Shown here: piece after piece, positions 34,891-44,400 of the stretch | How positions within the stretch are numbered: position 1 is the stretch's first letter | Layout: each line of letters opens with the position of its first letter | Assembly (NCBI GenBank): GCA_945947715.1 | Contig: CAMEYZ010000001.1 | Location: 1-46,923 of the forward strand | Direction: 5' to 3' | DNA length: 46,923 bases | Source of the DNA: an uncultured Clostridia bacterium | Lineage (GTDB): Bacteria > Bacillota > Clostridia > Oscillospirales > Ruminococcaceae | The notes under the pieces: model-generated | Told to the model about the DNA's origin: nothing | The model's input: the letters and a program-made list of their open reading frames with translations, nothing else | The model's database searches: none | Translations under genes and position numbers: made by a program

Positions 34891-34923
34891 TTTTTTTCGC
34901 CTCCGCGCGCATCACTTTATCAC

Positions 34924-34952
34924 ATTATATCATGGTAGATGCTGATTGTCAA
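34924..34952 (-). promoter_or_regulatory. Perfect sigma-A promoter dedicated to the WYL gene
   Basis: Minus strand TTGACA - 17 nt - TATAAT with TGATATAAT. Followed by the direct repeat GTGATAAAGTGAT and RBS GGAGG. Confidence 0.7.
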
Positions 34953-34996
34953 GAAAATAATAGCAGGCGAGCTTCGATATTGAACGCCGCCTGCTG
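34953..34996 (-). terminator. Intrinsic terminator after the TPM gene, insulating it from the WYL gene
   Basis: Minus strand AGCAGGCG-(18-nt loop)-CGCCTGCT followed by ATTATTTTC. Confidence 0.65.
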
Positions 34997-35029
34997 TACA
35001 AAAAATATTATCAGGAAAAAGCCGTGCGG

Positions 35030-35881
35030 TCAGAAGCCGCCTCCGCCGTGTGTGGTGTCAGATGAAGAGATGTGTGTATCAGAGCCGCCCGAAGTGCTGT
35101 CGTCTGCCTTTTCTGTGGCATCAACGTGGGAGTAAAGGAATATATCACGGGCCTTATTCACCTTAAGACTGTCCTTCTTTACATAATCGGCGGCCTGATA
35201 CTGGCTCTTCACCGACTTTAACTGTGCTCTCATTATTCCCGTTGCGATAAGTGCTATCACAAGACCTATACCGAGAGATATCAGAAGATTTCTCACGAGA
35301 GGAAAATCTCCCTTGGGCAGGCTGCCCACATCATAGGGTGTGCCGCTATCTGCCTGAGTGATAAAATCATCGCACAGTGTGACAAATTCCAAAAAGGCTG
35401 TCTCATATTCACCCTCTAAAAGCGCGGGAGTTATCTGTCTGCCAATGTACTGGATACCCTCGTCAGTAAATGCTGTGATACCGTAGCCGGTGGTGGATAT
35501 CCAGCTGTTCCCCTGTGAGTATGTACTGTCGGGAATGTTCACCAGAAGCAGTAAACCGTCATTATTTTCGCCAAAGCCGTACCCGTTGTAATCATAGAAG
35601 TCATCTGCATATTCCATGAGAGATTTTCCGTCCGTTGAATCAATGGTAACGACAACAACGTCCATTTGCTGTCTTTCGCTGACTTCATCAAGGTAGGAAA
35701 GCAGGGAAGACTCCTCATCATCGGTCAGCACATCTGCCATATCAGCAAGTCTTGTGGGTTCGCTCAGGATAATTGTGGAGTTTTCACCGATCGTATGCTC
35801 TATATCCTCCGCAGCAGCGGTGATTCCGAGAGCACCTGCCAGTGCAAGTGTGAGCATAAAAGCTGTAATTATCTTTTTCAT
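35030..35881 (-). CDS. TPM-domain (YgcG-like) membrane protein
   Basis: Signal peptide, TPM core LTDDEESSLLSYLDEVSERQQMDVVVVTIDS...NDGLLLLVNI, a C-terminal TM helix and a Gly/Ser tail. GGAGG lies 8 nt upstream of ATG 35881. Confidence 0.8.
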   Translation of the reverse strand: MKKIITAFMLTLALAGALGITAAAEDIEHTIGENSTIILSEPTRLADMADVLTDDEESSLLSYLDEVSERQQMDVVVVTIDSTDGKSLMEYADDFYDYNGYGFGENNDGLLLLVNIPDSTYSQGNSWISTTGYGITAFTDEGIQYIGRQITPALLEGEYETAFLEFVTLCDDFITQADSGTPYDVGSLPKGDFPLVRNLLISLGIGLVIALIATGIMRAQLKSVKSQYQAADYVKKDSLKVNKARDIFLYSHVDATEKADDSTSGGSDTHISSSDTTHGGGGF

Positions 35882-35894
35882 TATCCGCACCTCC

Positions 35895-36980
35895 TTACAG
35901 CAGCCACAGCAGATAGCTTATTCCAAATGCCACAGCGCCAATCAGAGCGGTCAGTCCGATAAGCCATTTCCAGTATGCTGATTTATCAACGGGAAGATCT
36001 CCCACGAGCTTTCCTGTCTGTCCATTCATTGCAAAGGTATATTTCTGATCGTTCCATGTGGTGTTGAGTATCCACACAGGATAGAGCGCATATTTTGCCT
36101 TACCGTTGTTCAGTTGAATGGCTGTGGATTCGGGTATGCAGGTATCATATCCGATAACAGTGGAGGCAAAGGCCTGCTCGGTGCTTTTTTTGATTCGTTC
36201 GTTAGCGCGGTCGATGCTGTGTTCAGCGTCCACGTCGTACTTATCCGCCATATAGCCTGCCAGATAGGCGGTCTTGAAATCCACTGCCTCAGAGAAATCG
36301 AAGGGCTCGATAGATTCCATGAGCTCAGCCTCCATTTTTGTGGATCCGTCCACAGGAACATGCTCAAAGGCCAGGGCGCCCTCACGCATCACCAGAAAAT
36401 AGCTTGTTTCCGTATAGTTGTAGCGACTGTCGCTCCAGAAGCGAGTCTTAGTGGCCTTGTAGCGTATCTCAGCGTCAGCATCAGCGTCAAACAGCCAGAA
36501 GGGAACATATACACCCTTGATCTCGTCGATATGATTCTGATCCTTGAATATCTTCGGCAGCAGTCTTTTTCCCTTGTAATGCTCGTTCAGAGCCTTCTTT
36601 GCGGCTTCCTTATCCAGCTTGAAGGGGATAACGTAATCGGGCTTTAGTGCACCGGAGAACTGTCCTGTCATAACCACAGGACTGCCGCAGTAGGGGCAGG
36701 CTGTGGCAGCAGTATTTTCATCGCCCACGATCTCGCCGCCGCATGATTTACATACATATGCCTTCAGGCCGTCAGCCTCACCATTGTCCCACTGTGAGCC
36801 TGGGGAGGTCTCCCACTGCATATCGTCCTCCTGCATATTGTTCAGCGCTTCATCATAGGAAGCAAGAGCTTCCGCTTCAAATTCGGTGCCACAGTAGGGA
36901 CACTGAAGCTTCTGCGAGTTGGGGTCAAAAGCAATTTCTCCGCCGCAGCACGGACATTTGTACTCCATTAATTCGGACAT
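35895..36980 (-). CDS. Double zinc-ribbon protein with C-terminal membrane anchor
   Basis: CPCCGG...CPYCG and CKSCGG...CPYCG ribbons, a roughly 230-aa globular region, and C-terminal TM WLIGLTALIGAVAFGISYLLWLL. AAGGAG lies 8 nt upstream of ATG 36980. Confidence 0.7.
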   Translation of the reverse strand: MSELMEYKCPCCGGEIAFDPNSQKLQCPYCGTEFEAEALASYDEALNNMQEDDMQWETSPGSQWDNGEADGLKAYVCKSCGGEIVGDENTAATACPYCGSPVVMTGQFSGALKPDYVIPFKLDKEAAKKALNEHYKGKRLLPKIFKDQNHIDEIKGVYVPFWLFDADADAEIRYKATKTRFWSDSRYNYTETSYFLVMREGALAFEHVPVDGSTKMEAELMESIEPFDFSEAVDFKTAYLAGYMADKYDVDAEHSIDRANERIKKSTEQAFASTVIGYDTCIPESTAIQLNNGKAKYALYPVWILNTTWNDQKYTFAMNGQTGKLVGDLPVDKSAYWKWLIGLTALIGAVAFGISYLLWLL

Positions 36981-37202
36981 AACCTTCACTCCTTACATTT
37001 TATCATTTTGAATTTATCGTAAAAAAATATCTGTTAATTATATTGTACCATATCTGTCAAGTACCGGGGAAAAAACATGAAAAGATATATTTTTTGTGAA
37101 ACAATTCGTTTTTTGTAGTGACATTTCTGATATTTTCGTTTATGTTTATAATGTATTCATGGCAGGTCTATAGGAAAAATGGTCTTGAAAGGATTATAGC
37201 GT

Positions 37203-37520
37203 ATGAGAAAAAATATTGTTAGGGTAGTGGCTGTTTTGGGCATTTTATCGGTGATAGGGGGACTGTTCTGCGGCTGCGGAGCAAAGGCTCCCAAGGAAAA
37301 TGAAAATACCTTTAACAAGGCTGATTATCTGTCAGATACGGATTTTCACGGGATATATTATCACCATGACAGTATGGAGCGGGAGCTTATCAGCGAATGC
37401 TTTAGCTCAGCCGACCATATCTCCGATGTCGAAGCTGATATGAGCTGTAAGCTTTCCGAGGACAGCGTGACAAAGCTCAGAGAAACTATAGCAATGTACC
37501 CCGTGCTTTCCTGGGACTGA
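37203..37520 (+). CDS. Small lipoprotein ORF ending at an in-frame TGA (reading frame stays open to 37694)
   Basis: Lipobox GLFCGC-GAK. The TGA at 37518-37520 is followed by 57 in-frame sense codons and TAA at 37692-37694, directly upstream of a terminator. Confidence 0.6.
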   Translation: MRKNIVRVVAVLGILSVIGGLFCGCGAKAPKENENTFNKADYLSDTDFHGIYYHHDSMERELISECFSSADHISDVEADMSCKLSEDSVTKLRETIAMYPVLSWD

Positions 37521-37712
37521 TTTAGAGAGAGTCGTTCTGCGGACCATGATATGCTGGACGGAGGTGACAGCTTTCAGTTCGAGCTTGTGCTTGATGACGG
37601 AACGGTCATCAATGTAGAAGGTTCATATGCTCACCCTGAGCAGTTTGATGAGTTCATCCTTATAATCCTCGATATATGCATGAGCAGAGAGTAAATATCC
37701 CCGAATAATAAC

Positions 37713-37745
37713 CAAAAGCCTGTCGATGAAAGCGGGCTTTTTCCT
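37713..37745. terminator. Bidirectional terminator between the lipoprotein gene and degV
   Basis: AAAAGCCTG-(10-nt loop)-CGGGCTTTTT. Confidence 0.65.
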
Positions 37746-37760
37746 TTTGTATATGATGCT

Positions 37761-38633
37761 TTACATATCCTTCCTGACGAAAAGTACCCCGAATGTACCT
37801 GGTCCGCAGTTGCTGGAGATTGTGGCAGAAGCATCTGTAACGGTCAGCTTGTCAAATTTGCAGTAATTATTTACCTCCTCGGTTATTGCTTTCAGCATTT
37901 TGATGCTGCAGCTCGAATGAGTGACAAACGCACTTCTTTTGTCGATGTTATTTTTGCCTTTAAGGGTTTGTCTCACATAATATCTGCATGCTGATTCATA
38001 GCTTCCGATGATAATGGTTTTCAGCTTAAGATCGCCGTTTTTCATGGCAAGCACAGGGTGGATATTCAGAGCGGTGCAGAGCTTTTTTACATAAGAGGGA
38101 ACCAGTCCGTTTCTGTACAGATAATCGGCATTTTTTGCAAGGAAGCTGGTGTAGACCCGTGCTTTCAGGTCTTCAAGCTCAGACAGTATCTTATCGGCAG
38201 TGCAGCCCTGATTTGCAAGCTCTGCTGCTCGAAGAACGAGAAATCCCATTCCTGTAGAAAGATGCTCCGAATCAAAAATGTGGACCCGTTTACCGTTGTC
38301 GCCCATGAGCTTCACAGCCTTCTCCGCATTTTCGCAGGAATGGCTTATATGTGAGCTGATAGCCACATGAATGACCTCGTCGTATCTTCTGAGATTTTTC
38401 TCAAAGGACTTCCTGTATACCTCGGGAGGAGGTGGTGCTGACTCTGTTTTGCCGCCGTTTTCCATATGATCAATAACATTTTCCGCTGTGATCTCGTCCG
38501 TATCGGTAAATACTCCGCTTTCGGTCTCTACCAGAAAATACAGGATATCAACTCCCCAGTTGCGCAGAGTGCTTTTGGGCAGATCGCAGACGCACTCAGT
38601 AAGAATACCGACCTTTTTCTTTTCCAGAGCCAT
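37761..38633 (-). CDS. DegV-family fatty-acid-binding protein
   Basis: 290 aa. VGILTECVCDLP..., SAPPPPEVYRKSF, VIHVAISSHISHS, and C-terminal SNCGPGTFGVLF are typical of DegV/FakB. Confidence 0.85.
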   Translation of the reverse strand: MALEKKKVGILTECVCDLPKSTLRNWGVDILYFLVETESGVFTDTDEITAENVIDHMENGGKTESAPPPPEVYRKSFEKNLRRYDEVIHVAISSHISHSCENAEKAVKLMGDNGKRVHIFDSEHLSTGMGFLVLRAAELANQGCTADKILSELEDLKARVYTSFLAKNADYLYRNGLVPSYVKKLCTALNIHPVLAMKNGDLKLKTIIIGSYESACRYYVRQTLKGKNNIDKRSAFVTHSSCSIKMLKAITEEVNNYCKFDKLTVTDASATISSNCGPGTFGVLFVRKDM

Positions 38634-38655
38634 TTCTTATTTTCCTTTCCGATGA

Positions 38656-41445
38656 TCACATCTTTATTTTTTCAGAAATTGCGGCTGCCTTTTCAGCTGC
38701 GCTGTCGTACTCGAAATCATCTACATCAGCCTTAACACCGTCAAACAGAGGCCTCAGAGCAATATCTCCCACAGCATACTGCGAAGCCTCCTCGCAGATT
38801 TTTGCGACCTCGTCTCCGTCGAACATCTCACAGGCGGACTTTATCTTTTCGATAAATTCTCCTGCCTTTTCCGCAGTTATCTGGGTAAGTGAGCTCTTGT
38901 CGGGTTCTGCGGGGGCTTCCTCGACAGTGGGAGCGGCTATGTTCAGGTAATTTCGTCCCAGCTCAGCAACCTTAAGATACATGTCAAGCATAGCGCTGTT
39001 CTTTTCCTCGATAAGGCTGTAATTTCCCGCCTTTCCTGCCAGCTCCAGCTCCTTTGCAAGCTCGGAGAGCGGCTTTGAACCAATGGTCAGCGATGAGCTT
39101 TTCAGCGCATGCACCTCGATAACATAGTTTTTCCAGGACTTCTCGTTGAAAAGCTGCTGTATCTGAGCATGCTTTTCAGGAGCCTTGCGGACGTAGACCT
39201 CCAGTATCTCGTTATATGCGTCCATATCTCCGCCTGTGTAGAATACTCCCGTTTCGGAGCTCAGGAGCTCTGACTGGATAGAGGGCTTTTCCTTTGGCGG
39301 CTCTTTTGGCTTTTCGGTTTTCCTGCGCTCCTTTGCGGGAACACGCTCGCTTCTGGGAGAGGGCGCCTGTATGAGCTCCCTGGGCAGCCAAGTCTTAAGT
39401 ACGCGGTCCAGAGCAGAAAGCTCGATAGGCTTTGCAATGAAATCGTTGAGGCCAGCCTCGATATACATATCTCTTACGCCGTTCACAGCATTTGCTGTAA
39501 GGGCGATGATAGGCAGATTCTTATAGTATGTGCCCTCCATGCTTCTTATAGCCTTTGTGGCCTCGATGCCGTCCATTTCAGGCATCATATGGTCCATGAA
39601 TACGATGTGGATGTCCTTTGAACGGAGCATAGAAATCGCTGCACGTCCGCTGTCCACGGTGAGCACCTGCATATGATAGGGACGCATAAGTCCCACAGCT
39701 ACCTTAAGGTTGATGATATTGTCATCAACGATAAGCACACGGGCCTTGGGAGCCACAAAGCGCACATTGGAGCTTCTCCGCTCGTTGATATTGGCAAGGA
39801 GCTTTTCGTTGTTGAATACGGAAACAGCTGTCATCACATAGAAGGGCTTGAAGATGCACTTCATTCTTGAGGGCAGCTCTATGGCGTTCAGTCTGTCCTG
39901 GACCACAACTACCTCCGTATCGCCGGACAGACCCTCCAGGAAATCGCGGTTTGCGGTATATTCCTCCCTGCCTGTGAAAAGGTGGGTATATTTTTTCTCG
40001 GAGACTGCTCTGCGCAGCGCGGCAATGCAATCGAACATCTCAAAATCGGTGTTAAGCTCTGTCCGAAGCTCGGAAATGAGGGCTGCGTATTCCTTGGTGA
40101 CCCTCGGCATCTCAAATTTTGTCATGTCGATGTAGCAGGCTGCATGTATCTTTTCGGGCTCCTTTATGGAGACGAAGGGGTCACTGTTCGATACCTTAAG
40201 AGGTACTACAAAACGAAACTCCGAGCCTGAGCCCTCAACGCTGGATACGTTGATAAAGCCGCCCATGCTGGTGATAAGATTTCTGGAAATTGCCAGTCCC
40301 AGTCCTGCGCCCTCAACGGAGCGATTTTTCTTTGTGTTTATCTGCTGGAAGCTGTTGAACAGCTTTTCAAGCCCCTCGGGGGAGATGCCTATTCCCGTAT
40401 CCGCTACAGATACGGAAAGATTTATGCCATAGTCGTGCTTTGTCTGGGAGACCCGTATCACCACGCAGCCGCGGTTTGTAAATTTTATGGCATTTGTCAC
40501 AAGATTTATCATTACCTGACGTATCCTGAGCTCGTCGCCCACAAGTCCCACAGGTATGTCGGGGTCGCATTTCACGATTATCTCAATGGGCTTGTCGCCC
40601 TTTCTTGTGATTGCCATGTTTATCACGTCATTGAGCGTGGAGGCAATGTTAAATTCCTCGGAGATGAGCTCCATTTTTCCCGATTCTATCTTGGAGAAAT
40701 CCAGGATATCGTTTATAATGGAGAGCAGGCTCCGTCCGGAATTTTGAATGTTGAAGCAGTAGTCTCTTACGGTATCGCTTATGTCGCTCTCACGGAGGAT
40801 AAGCTCGCACATTCCCACAACAGAGTTTAGCGGTGTTCTTATCTCATGGCTCATATTGGCGAGAAAGTCGCTTTTTGTGTTGTTTGCCTGCTGAGCCATA
40901 ACGATGAGGTCGTCCTGTTTTTTTCTGACCTTCCATAGGGTGTAGTTGATGTAGATGCACACTATCGTCTCAAAGAAGTACACCATGGGAAATCTCAGCA
41001 GATAGGTGTCGGAATAGGCATATCCCAGCTCATGGAGCGGCGACCACATATATACTGCGGTGATGATTCCCATTAGGATACTGCATCCTCCGCCGTAAAA
41101 CAGCCTGTAAAAGAATATCCCTATGGGAGGCACAAGCAGCAGCCAGACGATACTGAAGCCGTCCTTGCCGCCTGTCACCACGAAGTACATCATCATAACG
41201 GCCACAGCAGTCAGTGTGTTGATGCTGAGCGCTGAAAAGCTCTTCCATTTTTTGTACACAAGATAATTGATGATGAACCATGCGCTCATCACGCCGGTTA
41301 TTGCCACCATAACAGAAGACTTTGTCACAATATTTACGATGCACATGAACAGGCTGATGAAGCCTAAGGTGATAGTCAGTATGCCAATGGTCCTGATGTC
41401 GGTTTTTTCTGCGTCCTTTTTCAGCTCTTTTAAAAGTTTAAGCAT
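38656..41445 (-). CDS. Hybrid sensor histidine kinase (multi-TM sensor, HisKA, HATPase_c, REC, HPt)
   Basis: About 6 N-terminal TM helices. H-box FLANMSHEIRTPLNSV, N-box LVTNAIKFT, G-boxes DTGIGIS and GAGLGLAISRN. REC VLIVDDNIINL...VFMDHMMPEMDG. HPt HALKSSSLTIG. Confidence 0.9.
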   Translation of the reverse strand: MLKLLKELKKDAEKTDIRTIGILTITLGFISLFMCIVNIVTKSSVMVAITGVMSAWFIINYLVYKKWKSFSALSINTLTAVAVMMMYFVVTGGKDGFSIVWLLLVPPIGIFFYRLFYGGGCSILMGIITAVYMWSPLHELGYAYSDTYLLRFPMVYFFETIVCIYINYTLWKVRKKQDDLIVMAQQANNTKSDFLANMSHEIRTPLNSVVGMCELILRESDISDTVRDYCFNIQNSGRSLLSIINDILDFSKIESGKMELISEEFNIASTLNDVINMAITRKGDKPIEIIVKCDPDIPVGLVGDELRIRQVMINLVTNAIKFTNRGCVVIRVSQTKHDYGINLSVSVADTGIGISPEGLEKLFNSFQQINTKKNRSVEGAGLGLAISRNLITSMGGFINVSSVEGSGSEFRFVVPLKVSNSDPFVSIKEPEKIHAACYIDMTKFEMPRVTKEYAALISELRTELNTDFEMFDCIAALRRAVSEKKYTHLFTGREEYTANRDFLEGLSGDTEVVVVQDRLNAIELPSRMKCIFKPFYVMTAVSVFNNEKLLANINERRSSNVRFVAPKARVLIVDDNIINLKVAVGLMRPYHMQVLTVDSGRAAISMLRSKDIHIVFMDHMMPEMDGIEATKAIRSMEGTYYKNLPIIALTANAVNGVRDMYIEAGLNDFIAKPIELSALDRVLKTWLPRELIQAPSPRSERVPAKERRKTEKPKEPPKEKPSIQSELLSSETGVFYTGGDMDAYNEILEVYVRKAPEKHAQIQQLFNEKSWKNYVIEVHALKSSSLTIGSKPLSELAKELELAGKAGNYSLIEEKNSAMLDMYLKVAELGRNYLNIAAPTVEEAPAEPDKSSLTQITAEKAGEFIEKIKSACEMFDGDEVAKICEEASQYAVGDIALRPLFDGVKADVDDFEYDSAAEKAAAISEKIKM

Positions 41446-41476
41446 GATTTACCTCCCGTCCCGATAACTACAGAAT

Positions 41477-44400
41477 TTATGAAAAATATTCATCGGCTGC
41501 CCCTTCAAGATTTTCTGTAGCTCTTCGGTACATTTTTATAAAGCTGCTATGATTTTCGGCGATATAGCTCATATCATTGCTCTCGGCGGCGCTCATCAGC
41601 TTTGAAGCTGCTTCCGCCAGCTCTGTGAGACCGACAAGCTCTGCATCAGCCTCCGCCTTTTCCAGATTTACGCGGTAGCTTCTCAGGTCCTTGAAATTAT
41701 AATCCAGCTCAAGATCGTTGCATCTGTTGTTGTCGCAGAAATCGTAAACTGCATTCATATATTCGTCCGGGTCGGAGCCCAGAGCTTCGAGAGCACCTTC
41801 GATGTCAAGCCTGGAGCCCACATCCGCAGAGGACCTGGCTGCGTCTTCGGGGGAGCTGCTTCCGTCTTCGTTTTCGGCAATTTTTATCATATCTCTGCTT
41901 ATATGGCTGAAAAGGCATTTTTCGATATCATGTCCAGTGAAGGGCTTGGAGAGATAATCGTCAAAGCCTGCTTCAAGGTAGGTCTGCTTTGCGCCATGGA
42001 TAGCATTTGCTGTCAGTGCAACAAATACTGTTCCCACGCCCAGCTGCTCCTCCTTGATTTTTTTCAGGGTCTCAATTCCGTCCATTTCGGGCATCATATG
42101 GTCAAGGAAAACAATGTCGTAGATATTGGACTTTAGCAGCTCTATGCAGTCCTTTCCGCTTGAAGCCGTCTCCACCTTTGCAAGAGTGCGCTTAAGAAGG
42201 CTCTTTGCCACCAGCAGATTGGTCTCGTTATCGTCAACGACCAGTATCCGCACATCAGGCGCAGTCTTTGAAGCGTTTTCGGAAATGCTTTCTGCGGAGG
42301 CCTTGAAGCGGAGCTCATAATTGCCCATAGGCTCTGCGTTGACTATCTTCTGCTCCACAACAAAGGAGAACGTGGAGCCAACTCCGTAAACACTGGAAAC
42401 GTTCAGCTCACTGCCCATCATTTTCAGCAGCTGGGAAACGATAGTTATTCCGAGTCCCGTGCCCTCGATGCTGCGGTTCTTTTCCTGATCGAGTCGCTGG
42501 AAGGAGGTGAACAGCTTGTCCATATCCTCTTCCTTGATGCCTATTCCCGTATCGGACACGCTGACCTCCAGGCGCACCATTCCGTCCTCTATCTGGATAG
42601 CGTTCATTTTAAGGCGGACATAGCCCTCAGGAGTGTATTTAACCGCATTTGTAAGAATATTGGTGATTATCTGTCTCAGTCTCACATCGTCGCCGAAAAG
42701 CACCGAGGGAATCTTTTCGTCTATCTCGGGAATGAAGCGGAGATTTTTCTTTTCCGCTCTTACCTTTATCATGTTCACGATATCGTTCACAAGGGAGCTG
42801 ACATCGTATTCCACAGGAACAATCTCCATTTTGCCCGATTCAATCTTGGACAGGTCGAGGATATCGTTTATAATGGAAAGCAGTGTTCTGCCTGCGCTCT
42901 GAATATTGGCGGCATATTCCACTATCTGCTTCTCGTCGGATTCGCGCATGATCATCTCGTTCATACCGAGAACAGCGTTGATAGGAGTTCTTATCTCATG
43001 GCTCATGTTAGCGAGGAAGTTGTTCTTGGCCTTGTCGGCGCTTATAGCCTTGTCGGCGGCCTCCTTAAGCTCTCTGTTGACCTTTGCCTGCCAGCGGGTA
43101 AGGCTGTTCATTATTGCATTTACGATGATTATGCAGAGCAGGAACACTCCTATGTATATCAATTCGGAATAAATAGCGCTGCCCATGATATACATCTGGT
43201 CCTTTACAACGAATACATTAAAGCCGGAGATATCCTCCTTCATTGCAAGGCAGAGCTTTGTGCCGCCATCGTAATCGGTTATATTAACATAATTTCCGTC
43301 GATTTCCGAAAGGACGCTTCTGTAGCAGATGTCCGCAGCATTGACGGAATATCCGGGCTTCATCTGATATTCCTCGTAAGGGTGATTGAGGATATTTCCT
43401 TCAATATCGGTAAGGAATGCGTATCCGGTATCGGTATAGCTTTCGCCCAGGATTCCTATCAGCTTGTCAAGATAATAGTCGATGCCGAGGACTCCGATAA
43501 AATTGCCCTTTTCGTCATAGACTATCTTGCTTAGGGTGGTGCAGTAAAGACCAGTCTGTTCATCGAGGTAGGGCGCAGAAACGTTGAAATTATCGCCGGA
43601 ATCTATGGTATCGACGTACCACTGTCTTTCCTCAACATGCCAGTTATCATCAGGCTCCCAGCCGTTGTTCATTATTACGGTATGTTCCCATTCGGGGTTG
43701 CATACGTAGGCTACGGAGATGTCGTCATGATTTGAGACCACGCTGTCCAGATATGCTACTGCCGCGCTGTAATTATCGGTAAAGCCCGGCTGGGAGGCGA
43801 TACTGTCAGCTATCACGTCCAGTACGGTCTTATTTGTAAGAGCCCATTCCTTTACCTGATTCAGGTAAAGTGAGGTCTCGTTATACATTTTCAGGTCGAT
43901 AAGCTCACTGTTTGTTTTTGTGTTGAAGAAGAATGCGAATATTCCGGTGGCAAGAAGCACAATGGTCACAAGAGCTATTCTTATCCTGTGATTTACGGGG
44001 CTCTTGTTCAGATTCTGGTTATCCTGTTTCGATTCTGTGCTGTCTGCCGTGGAAAAATCTGCGATGCAGTCGTCCAGCATGCGGCCAAGCTCCTTGGCGG
44101 AGTCGCCTATCTCAGCGCCTGTTTCGCTGTTGTCTTCATTGGTGCTGACGAGGATATCGGCACGGTTCATTATCTTTGAAAGGGGGCGCCTGAGCTCCAG
44201 GCTCAGATTTTTCAGATACTCATTTTTAGCTTCCAGTTCCTTTTCCGCTGCGGCCTTTTTGCGGCATATGTATACGAAGAACACTGCCAGTGCCACTGCA
44301 AAGACTATCATTATCAGGGTGATGTACAGCGAGTTTCCGCTGAGCAGCTCCGAGGTGTCGCCGCCCTTTACGCACACGATAAGGTACCAGTCATAGTTTG

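Noticed and set aside
37518-37520. In-frame TGA read as selenocysteine
   Set aside because: I see no convincing SECIS-like stem-loop in the 40 nt downstream and no sel genes in the window. The protein is a small lipoprotein, not a redox enzyme. A nonsense mutation or readthrough is more parsimonious.
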